Of a stretch of DNA of 64,000 bases, positions 50,465-60,430 are shown piece by piece. A program made the position numbers and the translations under genes. This DNA is from Armatimonadota bacterium. GTDB lineage: Bacteria > Armatimonadota > HRBIN16. The number at the start of each line of letters is the position of its first letter. Positions within the stretch are counted from its first letter, which is position 1. Under the pieces are notes generated by a model. The model was not told the origin of the DNA and did not search any database. It saw only the letters and a program-made list of their open reading frames with translations. The DNA lies in NCBI GenBank assembly GCA_026003175.1, contig BPGT01000003.1:268278-332277 (forward strand), in the 5' to 3' direction.

Positions 50465-51256
50465 ATGAAGCGCAACGGTTTTACGCTCATCGAACTGCTA
50501 GTCGTGATAGCGATTATCGCTATCCTAGCGGCGATTCTGTTCCCGGTGTTCGCCCAGGCACGGGAGAAGGCGCGCATGACCGGCTGCCTTTCCAACACGA
50601 AGCAGATAGGTCTCGCACACAGCATGTACATTCAGGACTACGATGAGACCTTTGTGTGGAACCCCTGGCCCGGCGGACCCGGCGGCGCACCCTGGTGCGG
50701 CAACCCCGACCAGCCTACCCTGATATGGACGGGAGCGCTGATGCCGTACATCAAGAACAAGGGGCTGTTCCAGTGCCCGAGCATCAGCGCGGGTACTACT
50801 GAAAGCGCATGTCCCTGGTGCCCACTGGCGGGTAACTGTCGGTATTACATGGCGAACTACGTTGAGGCGAACGGGCTGTTGCCGGACTACTGTATTACCT
50901 ACGGTTTCAACGAGTACATCATTGGCAACCAGTGTTCGCCTCGCACGCTTGGGGCAATCGGCTCGCCGGCGTCGGTCGCTATCTTCGCCGATGCCATCGC
51001 CATGATGTGGGCGTCGTTCTACGGCATCACCGTCAACGGCGAAGGTCCCTTCTGGTGCGTTTCCGACCCCACCAGCGGCTGGTTGTACGGGCGTCCGGTG
51101 CACCATGTTACCGGTCCAGCCGCGAGACCGGTAGGAGCGATTAACTTCGTGTACGCTGACGGTCACGCCAAATCCGACAGAAACTTCTGGGCGGACGACT
51201 CCTACCCGGTGTACTGTCGTGGCGGTTATCGCGGCGCGCTGCTCTGGAAAGACTGA
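50465..51256 (+). CDS. Prepilin-type DUF1559 protein
   Basis: [52 protein letters not shown]. Confidence 0.93.
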   Translation: MKRNGFTLIELLVVIAIIAILAAILFPVFAQAREKARMTGCLSNTKQIGLAHSMYIQDYDETFVWNPWPGGPGGAPWCGNPDQPTLIWTGALMPYIKNKGLFQCPSISAGTTESACPWCPLAGNCRYYMANYVEANGLLPDYCITYGFNEYIIGNQCSPRTLGAIGSPASVAIFADAIAMMWASFYGITVNGEGPFWCVSDPTSGWLYGRPVHHVTGPAARPVGAINFVYADGHAKSDRNFWADDSYPVYCRGGYRGALLWKD

Positions 51257-51346
51257 GAAAGCAAGACACGCAGAGGGCGAGTCTCCCACTCGATCTATTT
51301 GCACAAAAAGATTTTTTCGGCTTACCGGGAGGTTCGCCCTCCAGCT

Positions 51347-51532
51347 GAGGGTGTTCGAGAATTGTTGAGAAGTTGGTTGTAGCGCAAGGAGAGAGGCGTT
51401 CTTGCTATCCCTGCCTTACCTCGCCCCCGTCCCCTCTCCTACGAGGAGAGGGGCGTTCCCCCTTCCCTTGCAGGGAAGGGGGCAAGGGGGTTAGGTTATC
51501 TATCCATTCAACCAGCAATTTCGAACACCCTC
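51347..51532 (+). mobile_element. MITE copy 3 (186 bp, 9-bp TSD CCTCCAGCT)
   Basis: GAGGGTGTTCGAGA ... TTTCGAACACCCTC. Direct repeat at 51338-51346 and 51533-51541. Confidence 0.95.
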
Positions 51533-51540
51533 CCTCCAGC

Positions 51541-51569
51541 TTGACAATTTCTGCAAACAGAGCGATAAT
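51541..51569 (+). promoter_or_regulatory. Sigma70-type promoter of the PEP-CTERM gene
   Basis: TTGACA (51541-51546)-N17-GATAAT (51564-51569). Confidence 0.7.
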
Positions 51570-51624
51570 GGACTCCGTAAGGAATACGTATTCCGAAACA
51601 TGACTCGAAAGGAGGGTTCGTCAC

Positions 51625-52539
51625 ATGACACGCTTTGCCTGTGTTGCCGTAACCGTTGCGGCAAGCTTCTTGTTCGTCACCGCTACCTTCGCCCAGCCGG
51701 TCATTGATGGCTCCTGGGACCCCGTCTACCAGGTACTTGCCGTGCAGAACACCCAGACCGGCTTCGGCGACAGCAACCTCGGACAGGTGGACTACGCCAA
51801 CGGCTCCGAACTGGACGTTGCCTATGGAACTTACCACAGTGGCTGGCTCTATCTGCTGCTGGCGGGCAATCTGGAGTCCAACTTCAACAAACTGGAAATC
51901 TTCTTCGACACCCGCCCCGGCGGGCAGAACCGATTGCGCGGAGACAACCCCGACGTGGACTTCAACGGGCTCAACCGCATGGGCGATGACGGCAGCGGCA
52001 ACGGCTTGACCTTTGATCCCGACTTTGAGGCAGACTTCTGGGTTGGGGTGACTGGGGGCGGTTCGCCGTATCGGCTGTATGCGAACTATGCGGAGTTAGG
52101 CAGTCCGGGTTTGGGGTTGTATCTGGGCAACACGGGCGCGGCAAGCGACGGGGCGCTGGTGGATGGGAGCAACCCGTTTGGCATCCGTGTGACGATTAAC
52201 AACAGCAACGCAGGAGGAGTCACCGCAGGCACAGGTGCTGGCAATGGAGCGGACGTGATGACGGGTGTGGAGCTGGCGATACCGCTGAGCGCTCTGGGCA
52301 ACCCGACCACCCCGTACATTAAGGTCTCCGCCTTTATCAACGGCGTAGGACACGACTACCTGTCCAATCAGGTGCTGGCTGGGATAGGTGGTGGAGGCAA
52401 TTTAGGTGAGCCGCGTCAGGTAAACTTCGGCAACATCCCCGGCAACCAGTACTTCCTTGCACCTGTGCCCGAGCCTTCCAGCCTCAGCGTGTTGCTGCTG
52501 GGTCTGGGCGCATGGGCGATACGCAGACGAAGAGGGTAA
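51625..52539 (+). CDS. PEP-CTERM sorting domain protein
   Basis: Signal peptide, Gly/Asn/Asp-rich body, VPEPSSLSVLLLGLGAWAIRRRRG. Confidence 0.93.
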   Translation: MTRFACVAVTVAASFLFVTATFAQPVIDGSWDPVYQVLAVQNTQTGFGDSNLGQVDYANGSELDVAYGTYHSGWLYLLLAGNLESNFNKLEIFFDTRPGGQNRLRGDNPDVDFNGLNRMGDDGSGNGLTFDPDFEADFWVGVTGGGSPYRLYANYAELGSPGLGLYLGNTGAASDGALVDGSNPFGIRVTINNSNAGGVTAGTGAGNGADVMTGVELAIPLSALGNPTTPYIKVSAFINGVGHDYLSNQVLAGIGGGGNLGEPRQVNFGNIPGNQYFLAPVPEPSSLSVLLLGLGAWAIRRRRG

Positions 52540-52559
52540 GTGCTTTTCCCACACCCGTA

Positions 52560-52587
52560 GCCCCCTCCCGAAGCTTCGGGAGGGGGC
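52560..52587 (+). terminator. GC-rich hairpin, probable terminator
   Basis: GCCCCCTCCCGAAG-CTTCGGGAGGGGGC perfect palindrome after the stop codon, no T-tract. Confidence 0.5.
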
Positions 52588-52598
52588 ACCTCAAACGC

Positions 52599-52628
52599 TT
52601 GACAGGTTTATCGCAGCTAATGTATAAT
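52599..52628 (+). promoter_or_regulatory. Consensus sigma70-type promoter
   Basis: TTGACA-N18-TATAAT upstream of the DUF1559 gene. Confidence 0.75.
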
Positions 52629-52689
52629 TAATGCAAAGTTATGCCCTTAACCTGTGGGCAAAAATCACCATAGGGAGGTGTGCACAGTC

Positions 52690-53625
52690 ATGAAGCGCGG
52701 CTTTACGCTGATTGAGCTGCTGGTGGTCATCGCGATTATCGCGATACTGGCAGCCATCCTCTTCCCTGTGTTCGCTCAGGCGCGTGAGAAAGCGCGGCAG
52801 GCGTCCTGCCTGAGCAACCTCAAACAGATAGGCACGGGCGTGATGATGTACGTGCAGGACTACGACGAGACTTTCCCGTACAACAGGTTTGTTGGTAATG
52901 GGGGCGCAACGTGGTCTAACTGGAAGTACGGGATCTTCCCGTATGTAAAGAACCTTCAGGTGTATGAATGCCCCAACGCGAAGGCGCAAATCTCCCGAAT
53001 GCTTGGCGACAACGTGAACGCCTGGAGAGGTTCGCCGATGGATGAGACCTGGGCTCACTGCCACCCCAGTTCGCCATGGCTGCGTAACGACCCGCTGTGC
53101 GATATCCCGCGCAGCCAGAACCTGTGGTTCCCTCGCGGCTACACAGTCAACGGTGCAGTGTTCAACCTGGCAGCCTACCAGTCTGGCTATGCAGATACTC
53201 CCAGGAAACTGGCGGACATCGATGTGCCCGCTGAGACCATCTGGCTGCAAGACGGTAAGAACTACGAGCCTGATACCGGTCCCTGGGCGTTGGTTCGCTG
53301 CTGGTGTAATCCGCCTGGTGACCCGTTCGGTGGCGATGTGCCTGCGGCAGGGTCGCCTTGTCTGGATGGCAAGGTGCGCCAGTATGGCTGGCTGGTCAAC
53401 CATCTGAAAGGCGTGCACTTCGTGTTTGCAGATGGGCACGTGAAGTGGACGCGGGTGCAGGGTGCAATTTCTAATAACCTGTGGAAGTGGACCTGCTTCC
53501 GGCGCCCGGGCGAGCGCACGTTCCCTTACGACGGCTACGATAACAACGTGTACAACTGCAGGCAGCCCGATCCGGATACCTGCCGCAACGTTGCACAGTT
53601 ACTGGTGGCCGGCGAGTACAGGTAG
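52690..53625 (+). CDS. Prepilin-type DUF1559 protein
   Basis: [40 protein letters not shown]. Cys-rich. Confidence 0.93.
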   Translation: MKRGFTLIELLVVIAIIAILAAILFPVFAQAREKARQASCLSNLKQIGTGVMMYVQDYDETFPYNRFVGNGGATWSNWKYGIFPYVKNLQVYECPNAKAQISRMLGDNVNAWRGSPMDETWAHCHPSSPWLRNDPLCDIPRSQNLWFPRGYTVNGAVFNLAAYQSGYADTPRKLADIDVPAETIWLQDGKNYEPDTGPWALVRCWCNPPGDPFGGDVPAAGSPCLDGKVRQYGWLVNHLKGVHFVFADGHVKWTRVQGAISNNLWKWTCFRRPGERTFPYDGYDNNVYNCRQPDPDTCRNVAQLLVAGEYR

Positions 53626-53642
53626 TGCTCAACATATCCACG

Positions 53643-53676
53643 CCCCTCTCCCGGCGCCGCGGGAGAGGGGTTTTTT
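53643..53676 (+). terminator. Rho-independent terminator
   Basis: CCCCTCTCCC...GGGAGAGGGG stem plus T-run. Confidence 0.8.
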
Positions 53677-53677
53677 G

Positions 53678-56527
53678 CTACTCTCGCTTACGTGCCCGCT
53701 TCTTGGCATCCAGTAACCTGCCGATTTGCTCGCTGGAGGTGGACGGCTGAGGTGAGGCAGGGTGAGAAGCGGTAGTTTCAACAGCAGCGACCTCTTCCGC
53801 AGGAGACGAAGATGCGGTCGTGGTGGGAGGGGCGTATCTCTCGCGCAATCGCTCTTTGCGCTGCAGGAGCCTTGATGTTGCGGAAGCGTGGGCGGGTGTC
53901 TCGCGTCTCAAGTGGAAACGCGCTAACGCACGTGCCCATACTTGCTGCCACTCAGGCAACACCTCCGCCTGCCACACGATGCGCCTCAGCGCAACGTCCA
54001 CCGGCAGCAGCAACAACGCCACAAATAGCAGGGGGATGCTCGCTTCCGAGGGCACGCGCACCGGAGCGCGTTGAGCACCGAAAATATCCTGCGGCGACGG
54101 CCGTTGTCTGCCTCCGGTGAGGCGCGCTATCTGTTCCAGTAAGGCGGTGTTGCTCTTCAGGTCGCGATATTCGGGCGAATAGGCAACGGTATCGGTTCCG
54201 GTGCTGACTGCTATGGTGCCGTTGGGCAGGCGATACTGTACGGCAACTACGTATGTTCCGTAACCGCGTGCATCGAAGGCGGCTTCGTAGCGAGTGGCGC
54301 CCGTTTGCGATAGCACCAGCGGAATCGCCTGGCCGGTCGGGGCAATCAGTTTGGCGGTCAGCGAGCGCAGGTTTGCGTTCTCGCTGGCAGGTTGTTGCAG
54401 AAGGTCCACGCTCACGTATCCCTTCCCACCCGAGATGTTCACCGTTGTGCGCACATCGTCGGCTGGCAGGCTACGCAGGATGGTGCGCATGGTACGCGCG
54501 GCGAAGGCGGGGAAGTCCGCCCATCTGACCCATTGCGCACACCATTTCGCGCGCCCATCCGAAGTGAACACCATACTGCGCCCGACGCCATACTGCCACA
54601 CCGCAAAGACAGGGTCGTCCTTGTGCGAGAGCAAACCGATCTGCGCTCCCGGCTTGGCAGTGGTGGTGTTGTAGCCGAGTAACGGTGGTGAACTCTCCCA
54701 GTTCAAGCCCGACACGATTTCGTTGCCGGTGTAGCGTACATAGAACGGCTCCTCGATATATTGCGCTTTGCTGGCAATCATCGCCTCTTTGGTGAAGATT
54801 TGGGGCAGGTTCGCCATGCGGTCGGTGTAGTAGTAGCGTCCGCCGCCCGCCTTCGCCAGCTGCTGCAGGAAAGCCTCATCCTTACCGTGACCGAAACAGA
54901 CAACGGTAACGGTGATGCCTGCCTGACGCAGTTTGGCTGCAAGCGGAATCGCTCCTTCCTGATCGTCGCAGTCGTCGCCGTCCGCAAGCACAATCATGTG
55001 CTTCAGTTTGGCTCGGCTGACCTGCATCAGCTTCGCCCCCGCCTCCATGCCGGGGCGCACATAGATACCACCCCCACCTGGTTGGAAGGCAGCGATAGCA
55101 CGCAGAATCTGCTCTTTCTTCTCGCCCACCCGCCACATCGGCACCACTGCGCGGCAGTCGGAACCGGCAGCGATAACGCCTACCTCGTCCTGTGCGGTCA
55201 GGAAGCGCACCACTGTGGCTGCGGCGCGGTTCGCCAGCTCCATCTTGGTAGTTCCGCCTTCCGGCATTGCCATACTGCCCGAATCGTCTATTACCAATAC
55301 AATGCCCACACTGGGAAAAGAGTGGTACTTGCGCACGTCCATCGACACAGGCAGAGCCTCTTCTACAGGCGTTTCAAAGTAGCCTCCCGCGCCGAAGCTG
55401 TCTTCACCGCCTACCATACCCAGCCCGATGCCCAACTCGCGCGTGGCGGTCTGCAGGGCGCGCATAGTTGGGATGCCCAGTTCATAGGCGGGCACGTTGT
55501 GTAGAATCACTGCGTCGTACGCCTGCAGTTGCGCCGGTTGTGTCTTCATTCCCTGCGGATCGACCACCTCTACACGGATCCGTTGTGACTGTGCGGCGAT
55601 GGACAGCGGGGTGGGGTTTCCGCTGTCGGTAACATACAGCACGCGCGGCGTGCCCTGCACACGTACGTAGCCCGCACCGCGATTGTTCTGGGGATAGGTA
55701 TCTACCGGAGCCATCATCGACACCTGGTAGCGATACTGACCCGCGCTGTCCTCGCGGTGCGTCAAGCGCACTAGGTTCTTGCCGCGCTTTAGCGCTACCG
55801 TCTGCGTCTTCACAGGCTGTCCGTCCCGCAGCAGGGTCAGCTCTGCCGATTGCTCGTGGGTGGATTGTATCCACACGCGCATGTCGAACGGCTCGCCCTC
55901 TTTGACCAGCGTGGGCACTTGCACTCGCTCTACCAGCGCCTCAGTGTGCACCTCACGCGGGAAGGGAACCACATGCACCTTTACCCCGCGGCTGGCAGCT
56001 TGCAACGCCTGTGCCGCGGTGTCGCCTGTGTTCGCGTTGCCGTCGGAGAAGAGTACTATCTGCTTACCCGCGTTTTCGGGGAAGGCAGCAAGAGCAAGAC
56101 TGATAGCGCGTCCGATATCGGTCATTTCGGGGGAACTGCTGGCGGGTACGCGGCTCAGGTCGGGGCGTGCGCTCAGCGAGGTCACCACCTGTGGGTCACT
56201 GCCGAAGACGATGACGCCTGCCATGTCGTCCTCGCGCATGTGGCGCACGGCTTCGCGAATGAATCGCAGGGAGGTCTCCCGCTGCTGCGGTTCCACACTT
56301 GCGCTACCGTCTACCACGAAGAACACCGCCTGAGCGGTGGTGGTGCGCACCCAGCGGATTCCCGCCAGCGCGAGGATGATAAGGGTCACCAGCAACAGGC
56401 GCAATCCCAGCGATGCCTGCTTCTGCCAGTGGGGCAGAGCTGCCAGGCTATGTCGATGCACCCACCAAAAGGCGGGCAACACCGCCAGCAAGAGCAACAT
56501 CCACGGGTGTGCGAACTCTACAGGCAT
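53678..56527 (-). CDS. VWA domain membrane protein (BatA-like N-terminus, two VWA domains, glutamine-amidotransferase-like domain)
   Basis: F.HPW.LLLL N-terminus, DGSAS and DDSGSM MIDAS motifs, SDG/ADG, WQYGVGRS. Confidence 0.88.
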   Translation of the reverse strand: MPVEFAHPWMLLLLAVLPAFWWVHRHSLAALPHWQKQASLGLRLLLVTLIILALAGIRWVRTTTAQAVFFVVDGSASVEPQQRETSLRFIREAVRHMREDDMAGVIVFGSDPQVVTSLSARPDLSRVPASSSPEMTDIGRAISLALAAFPENAGKQIVLFSDGNANTGDTAAQALQAASRGVKVHVVPFPREVHTEALVERVQVPTLVKEGEPFDMRVWIQSTHEQSAELTLLRDGQPVKTQTVALKRGKNLVRLTHREDSAGQYRYQVSMMAPVDTYPQNNRGAGYVRVQGTPRVLYVTDSGNPTPLSIAAQSQRIRVEVVDPQGMKTQPAQLQAYDAVILHNVPAYELGIPTMRALQTATRELGIGLGMVGGEDSFGAGGYFETPVEEALPVSMDVRKYHSFPSVGIVLVIDDSGSMAMPEGGTTKMELANRAAATVVRFLTAQDEVGVIAAGSDCRAVVPMWRVGEKKEQILRAIAAFQPGGGGIYVRPGMEAGAKLMQVSRAKLKHMIVLADGDDCDDQEGAIPLAAKLRQAGITVTVVCFGHGKDEAFLQQLAKAGGGRYYYTDRMANLPQIFTKEAMIASKAQYIEEPFYVRYTGNEIVSGLNWESSPPLLGYNTTTAKPGAQIGLLSHKDDPVFAVWQYGVGRSMVFTSDGRAKWCAQWVRWADFPAFAARTMRTILRSLPADDVRTTVNISGGKGYVSVDLLQQPASENANLRSLTAKLIAPTGQAIPLVLSQTGATRYEAAFDARGYGTYVVAVQYRLPNGTIAVSTGTDTVAYSPEYRDLKSNTALLEQIARLTGGRQRPSPQDIFGAQRAPVRVPSEASIPLLFVALLLLPVDVALRRIVWQAEVLPEWQQVWARALARFHLRRETPAHASATSRLLQRKERLRERYAPPTTTASSSPAEEVAAVETTASHPASPQPSTSSEQIGRLLDAKKRARKRE

Positions 56528-56533
56528 ATCCGC

Positions 56534-58672
56534 TCACCGCAGGGCGCGTTCACATTCCTGACGCAGTTCTTCCAGCGCACGCTGGCGCTCGGGACTGAGG
56601 GACGTCGCCTGTGCCATCGGGTTGTTCTGGCGTGCGGAGCGGTCTGCATCTAAAATCTGCAGGGCGCGAGCGTAACGTTCGTGCACCTCAGCCTGCGACT
56701 TACCCTGTGACCGCGCGATTCGTGCTAACCCCGCGTAGGCGAAGGCGTAATCCACTTCGGGCAGCTCGGGGACTGCACGCACCCGGTTATACACGCTTTT
56801 TTCTATCTCCAGCATTCGCCGATACACCGCCTCCGCCTCTTGTAGTTTACCCTGTTGCTCCAGCGTTTTGCCCAGTTCTACCATCACGCGCAGGGCGTGT
56901 GGGTCCAGATCCAGCGCGTGACGATAAGCGTCGACGGCTCTGGCATGGTCGCCCAGCACATCCCGATACAGATTACCCAGATGGTACCACGTTTTGGAGT
57001 ATGGGGTCAGTTCCACCGAACGACGCAGTGCCTTTTCGGCTTGCTCGGCACGCGAGAGATCGCCCGCGCGTGCCATGCCCAAATAAAGCGTACCCAGAGC
57101 CAGGTAGTGGTCGCCGTTAAAGGGTTCCCAGCGCAGGGCGTGCTGGTAGCCTTCTTCATCTGGGATGCCCTGTGACAGGTTCCAGTTTGCGCTGTTCGCG
57201 CTGAGCGCGCCACCCATGCGCAGAGTCAACACACTCATGGCGATAACCAGCAGGGTGGTGTGGGCGAGATAGAGATGATGGAGAGATGTTGCCTTCCTTC
57301 CGTGCCCCTCTTCCAGAGGGAGAGGGGTGAGCGAAAGCATCAACCCCACGATTGCCCAGAAGGTAAGCAGACAGGCGAAGATAGACCAGTCGGAGTCCAT
57401 CAGGTTACGCGCCAGTCCTGAGGCAATCGCTCCCGCCAAGCCTGCACGAAGCAGTGGACTAAATCCCGCACCATGAGCCTCATTTGTGGTGCGCACTTCA
57501 GTGCGCAAAGCACCCCACGCTAGCACACCTAACGTACTCAGCAGCAATACCAGAGCGGGCAACCCCGCTTCCGCTGCCATCTGCAGGTACGAGTTATGCG
57601 CTAGTCGGGTGAACCCCACGAGAGCGTAGCGCGGGTAGGCTATCTCGTACGTACCCAGCCCCGTGCCCAGCAGGGGGTGAGCCTGTACCATGCGCAAGGT
57701 GCCCCGCCACGTCCATACGCGAAACCCCCCTGAGTGTTCGCCTTCCTGTACCGTTGGTATCGCCACGCGCGCGGTAAGCGAGCGAGCGGTGAAGAACGCC
57801 GTAGCCAGCACCATCAGGCATACGATACCGAACAACAGCGCACGCTGGCGATTCCATGAGCGATTGAACGTCATCCACCCCGCCATCACCACCAGCGCGA
57901 GGATGGCACTTGCCGTACCAAAGCGGGAACCCGTAAGCAGGATAGTGGTCATCTGCATCCACGCACCGAACCCCAGCAGCCAGCGCCATTCCCCTCTCCC
58001 TCTGGGAGAGGAGTCAGGGGTAAGGGCTGGACCAGGCAAGAAAGCCATCGCCAGTGCCAGCGTGACAGGCATGGTCAGGCACAGATAGCCCGCCAGGAAG
58101 TTGGGGTTGAAGAAGGTGCCGAACACGCGCCAGTTGGGCACGATGCGCACGTTCTCCGCGTACTCGCGCATGGCGAAGGCGGAGGCGAGTGTGCCAGCCA
58201 GTGCCAGCGCAAAGCTGACCGTCAAAGCCTGTTCCTCGCGCCTTCGCGAGAAAAGCCACGCGGAGGCAATGGCTACCGCCCACAGGCTCCACGCAACCAC
58301 CGTCCCCCACCGATACGCTGACACCACCACCGACGCCAGCATCCACAACAGCAACAGGGTCGCCAGCACGCGCGCCGAGCGCGGGACAGCGTCATCGCCG
58401 ACAGGAAGTGTTTTCCATTCCCATATCGTGGCGATAAGGGTGAGCAGGGCAATCAGCCAGACAGCAACTGGCAACAGTGTGCCGGTGGTGAACAGGGCGG
58501 TCGCCACCCCACGTAAAGACGGCTCCACCGGCTCGCCGCCCAGCTCCAGTCGACCGGTAGTAAGCGGTGCAAGCACCAGCGCAAGGCTTAACAACCATGT
58601 GGAGGGCGTGGTTTGCAATCGCAAAGGTTGTGGGTATTCAGTTGGTTTCTTGCTCGGATGACCTCTCTTCAT
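56534..58672 (-). CDS. O-antigen ligase family protein with C-terminal TPRs
   Basis: GTFFNPNFLAGYL, LTGSR, HPLLGTGLGTY, AHNSYLQ. ATGA coupling to the upstream GT2. Confidence 0.9.
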   Translation of the reverse strand: MKRGHPSKKPTEYPQPLRLQTTPSTWLLSLALVLAPLTTGRLELGGEPVEPSLRGVATALFTTGTLLPVAVWLIALLTLIATIWEWKTLPVGDDAVPRSARVLATLLLLWMLASVVVSAYRWGTVVAWSLWAVAIASAWLFSRRREEQALTVSFALALAGTLASAFAMREYAENVRIVPNWRVFGTFFNPNFLAGYLCLTMPVTLALAMAFLPGPALTPDSSPRGRGEWRWLLGFGAWMQMTTILLTGSRFGTASAILALVVMAGWMTFNRSWNRQRALLFGIVCLMVLATAFFTARSLTARVAIPTVQEGEHSGGFRVWTWRGTLRMVQAHPLLGTGLGTYEIAYPRYALVGFTRLAHNSYLQMAAEAGLPALVLLLSTLGVLAWGALRTEVRTTNEAHGAGFSPLLRAGLAGAIASGLARNLMDSDWSIFACLLTFWAIVGLMLSLTPLPLEEGHGRKATSLHHLYLAHTTLLVIAMSVLTLRMGGALSANSANWNLSQGIPDEEGYQHALRWEPFNGDHYLALGTLYLGMARAGDLSRAEQAEKALRRSVELTPYSKTWYHLGNLYRDVLGDHARAVDAYRHALDLDPHALRVMVELGKTLEQQGKLQEAEAVYRRMLEIEKSVYNRVRAVPELPEVDYAFAYAGLARIARSQGKSQAEVHERYARALQILDADRSARQNNPMAQATSLSPERQRALEELRQECERALR

Positions 58673-59568
58673 TGCCTCCCCAGCATCCTCAGTCGAAGCG
58701 CGATGAGGTAGTTGCGGGCTACCAGCAGATTCGCCCTCAGCCATAGCCCCAGTGGAATCACCAGCCTGCTCCAGAGGGGCATCCGGTGGGCATAATGCTT
58801 CTGGAAAAAGAGGCGATGACTGCGATGAAACTGCCGGATCATGGCGTTCACCGCCTTGTCGCTACTGCGTCCGATGGCGTGAGTGACCACCGCTTTGGGG
58901 TGGTATACCACTTTCCAGCCCATCTCGTGCGCCCGCCAGCACAGGTCCACGTCCTCGCAATACATGAAGAACCGTTCGTCAAATCCGCCCAGCTGCTGCC
59001 ACGTTTCGCGCCGCACCATCATCGCGCAGCCGGACACCCAGTCCACCTCTATCGTGTGCGCATGGTCGAAGTCGGTCATCAGGTAGTCACGCACGAAGCG
59101 GTTTTGCGGAAAGAGCCTGCCCAGAAAGGTGTTGCGGAACAGCCCCGCCTCATAGACGGGGAAGCGTCGGCAAGAGTACTGCAGCGAGCCGTCGGGGTTC
59201 AGCACCTTCGGGGCGATGATTCCCACATCGGGATGCGCGTCGGCGTAGTCCACCAGCGCTTTAAGCGAGCCCGGGTGCGCCTTCGCGTCCGAGTTCAGCA
59301 GCATCAGATACCTGCCCTGTGCCAGCTGCGCGGCGCGGTTGTGTGCCTTGCCGAAGCCCTCGTTCAGGCGGTTTTCAATCAGCTTCACCTCCGGGAACTC
59401 GCGCTTGACCATGGCCACGCTGTCGTCCCAGGAGGCGTTGTCCACCACGATAATCTCCACCTGCACGCCCGGATGATGCGAGGGGTGTAGCGAGAGCAGG
59501 CACTCGCGCAGTTCATCGCGCGTGTTCCAGTTGACCACGATGACGCTCACATCAGGTTGTTCGTTCAC
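58669..59568 (-). CDS. Glycosyltransferase family 2 (WbbL/rhamnosyltransferase-like)
   Basis: VIVVNWNT, VDNASWD, LLNSD, DWVSGC, FMYCEDVD. Confidence 0.93.
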   Translation of the reverse strand: MNEQPDVSVIVVNWNTRDELRECLLSLHPSHHPGVQVEIIVVDNASWDDSVAMVKREFPEVKLIENRLNEGFGKAHNRAAQLAQGRYLMLLNSDAKAHPGSLKALVDYADAHPDVGIIAPKVLNPDGSLQYSCRRFPVYEAGLFRNTFLGRLFPQNRFVRDYLMTDFDHAHTIEVDWVSGCAMMVRRETWQQLGGFDERFFMYCEDVDLCWRAHEMGWKVVYHPKAVVTHAIGRSSDKAVNAMIRQFHRSHRLFFQKHYAHRMPLWSRLVIPLGLWLRANLLVARNYLIALRLRMLGRQ

Positions 59569-60430
59569 TCTGCCAGCCCTCGCGTCCTTTGCCCAGCGTC
59601 TTCAGCCAGGCGTTCAGGGTGATGCTTGCCACAATCAACCAGTATATCGGCTTCGGCAGGCGTTGCCGATAATGCTTCGCATAAAACTTCTGCAGGGAGC
59701 GATGCGATTCCCATATCATCTGCGGGCGCACCTGCCGCGTGCTTGCCCCGCCATGATGGATAATGACCACGCCGGGGTGAAACACAATCTTCAGCCCCAT
59801 CCTTTTCGCCCGATAGCACCAGTCCACCTCGTTGAAGAAGATGGGAAACCGCTCGTCCATCAGCCCCACTGTTTGCACGGCGCGTCGGGAGAGCATCAGG
59901 AAGGTTCCCATCGGCTGGTCTACCTCGGCGATATGGTCGTAGGTGAACCACGTCATGCGATACGCGCCAAACCGGCGCGAGCGGGGAAACAGCCTCGCCA
60001 ATCCCAAATACTCCCACATCACTGCTTCGGGTTCCGGGAAGCCCCGCACCGACTGTTGCACGCGCCCGTCGGGGTGTATCAGTTTCGCGCCCAGCGCGGC
60101 GACGTCGGGGTTCTCGCGCATGTACTGCACAGCGGTATCCAGCGCGCCCTCCGTCACCTCGGTATCGGGGTTGAGCAGCAGCAGATACTCGCCCTGCGCC
60201 TTTTGCAACAGCAGGTTATTGCCCACCGCGTAGCCCAGATTGCGCTCGGAGGCTATCAGATGCACTTCGGGGAACTCCGTTTGTACGGTCTGCGCGCTGC
60301 CATCGTGCGAGGCATTGTCTAGCACCCATACCTCCATCGGCTCGGAGAGGGGATAGAGGCGCAACGACTGCAGGCACGCCCGCAACAGCTCGCGCGTGTT
60401 CCAGTTGACGATGAGCACGGAGAGGGTCAT
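59552..60430 (-). CDS. Glycosyltransferase family 2
   Basis: VLIVNWNT, LDNASHD, LLNPD, FFNEVDW. Start 60430 is coupled to the HAD stop. Confidence 0.92.
   Translation of the reverse strand: MTLSVLIVNWNTRELLRACLQSLRLYPLSEPMEVWVLDNASHDGSAQTVQTEFPEVHLIASERNLGYAVGNNLLLQKAQGEYLLLLNPDTEVTEGALDTAVQYMRENPDVAALGAKLIHPDGRVQQSVRGFPEPEAVMWEYLGLARLFPRSRRFGAYRMTWFTYDHIAEVDQPMGTFLMLSRRAVQTVGLMDERFPIFFNEVDWCYRAKRMGLKIVFHPGVVIIHHGGASTRQVRPQMIWESHRSLQKFYAKHYRQRLPKPIYWLIVASITLNAWLKTLGKGREGWQSERTT

Noticed and set aside
25640-51532. MITE copies as a CRISPR array or as ends of one composite transposon
   Set aside because: The copies are dispersed and each has its own distinct 9-bp TSD, so they are independent insertions.
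51373-51603. Repeated peptide VVAQGERRSCYPCLTSPPSPLLRGEG (also within 25411-25881)
   Set aside because: Translation of the MITE sequence, with no RBS or transposase motif.
53678-56527. VWA protein as the missing partner of the tubulin island
   Set aside because: It is about 40 kb away, has host-like composition and follows the GT2/ligase operon, so nothing links them.
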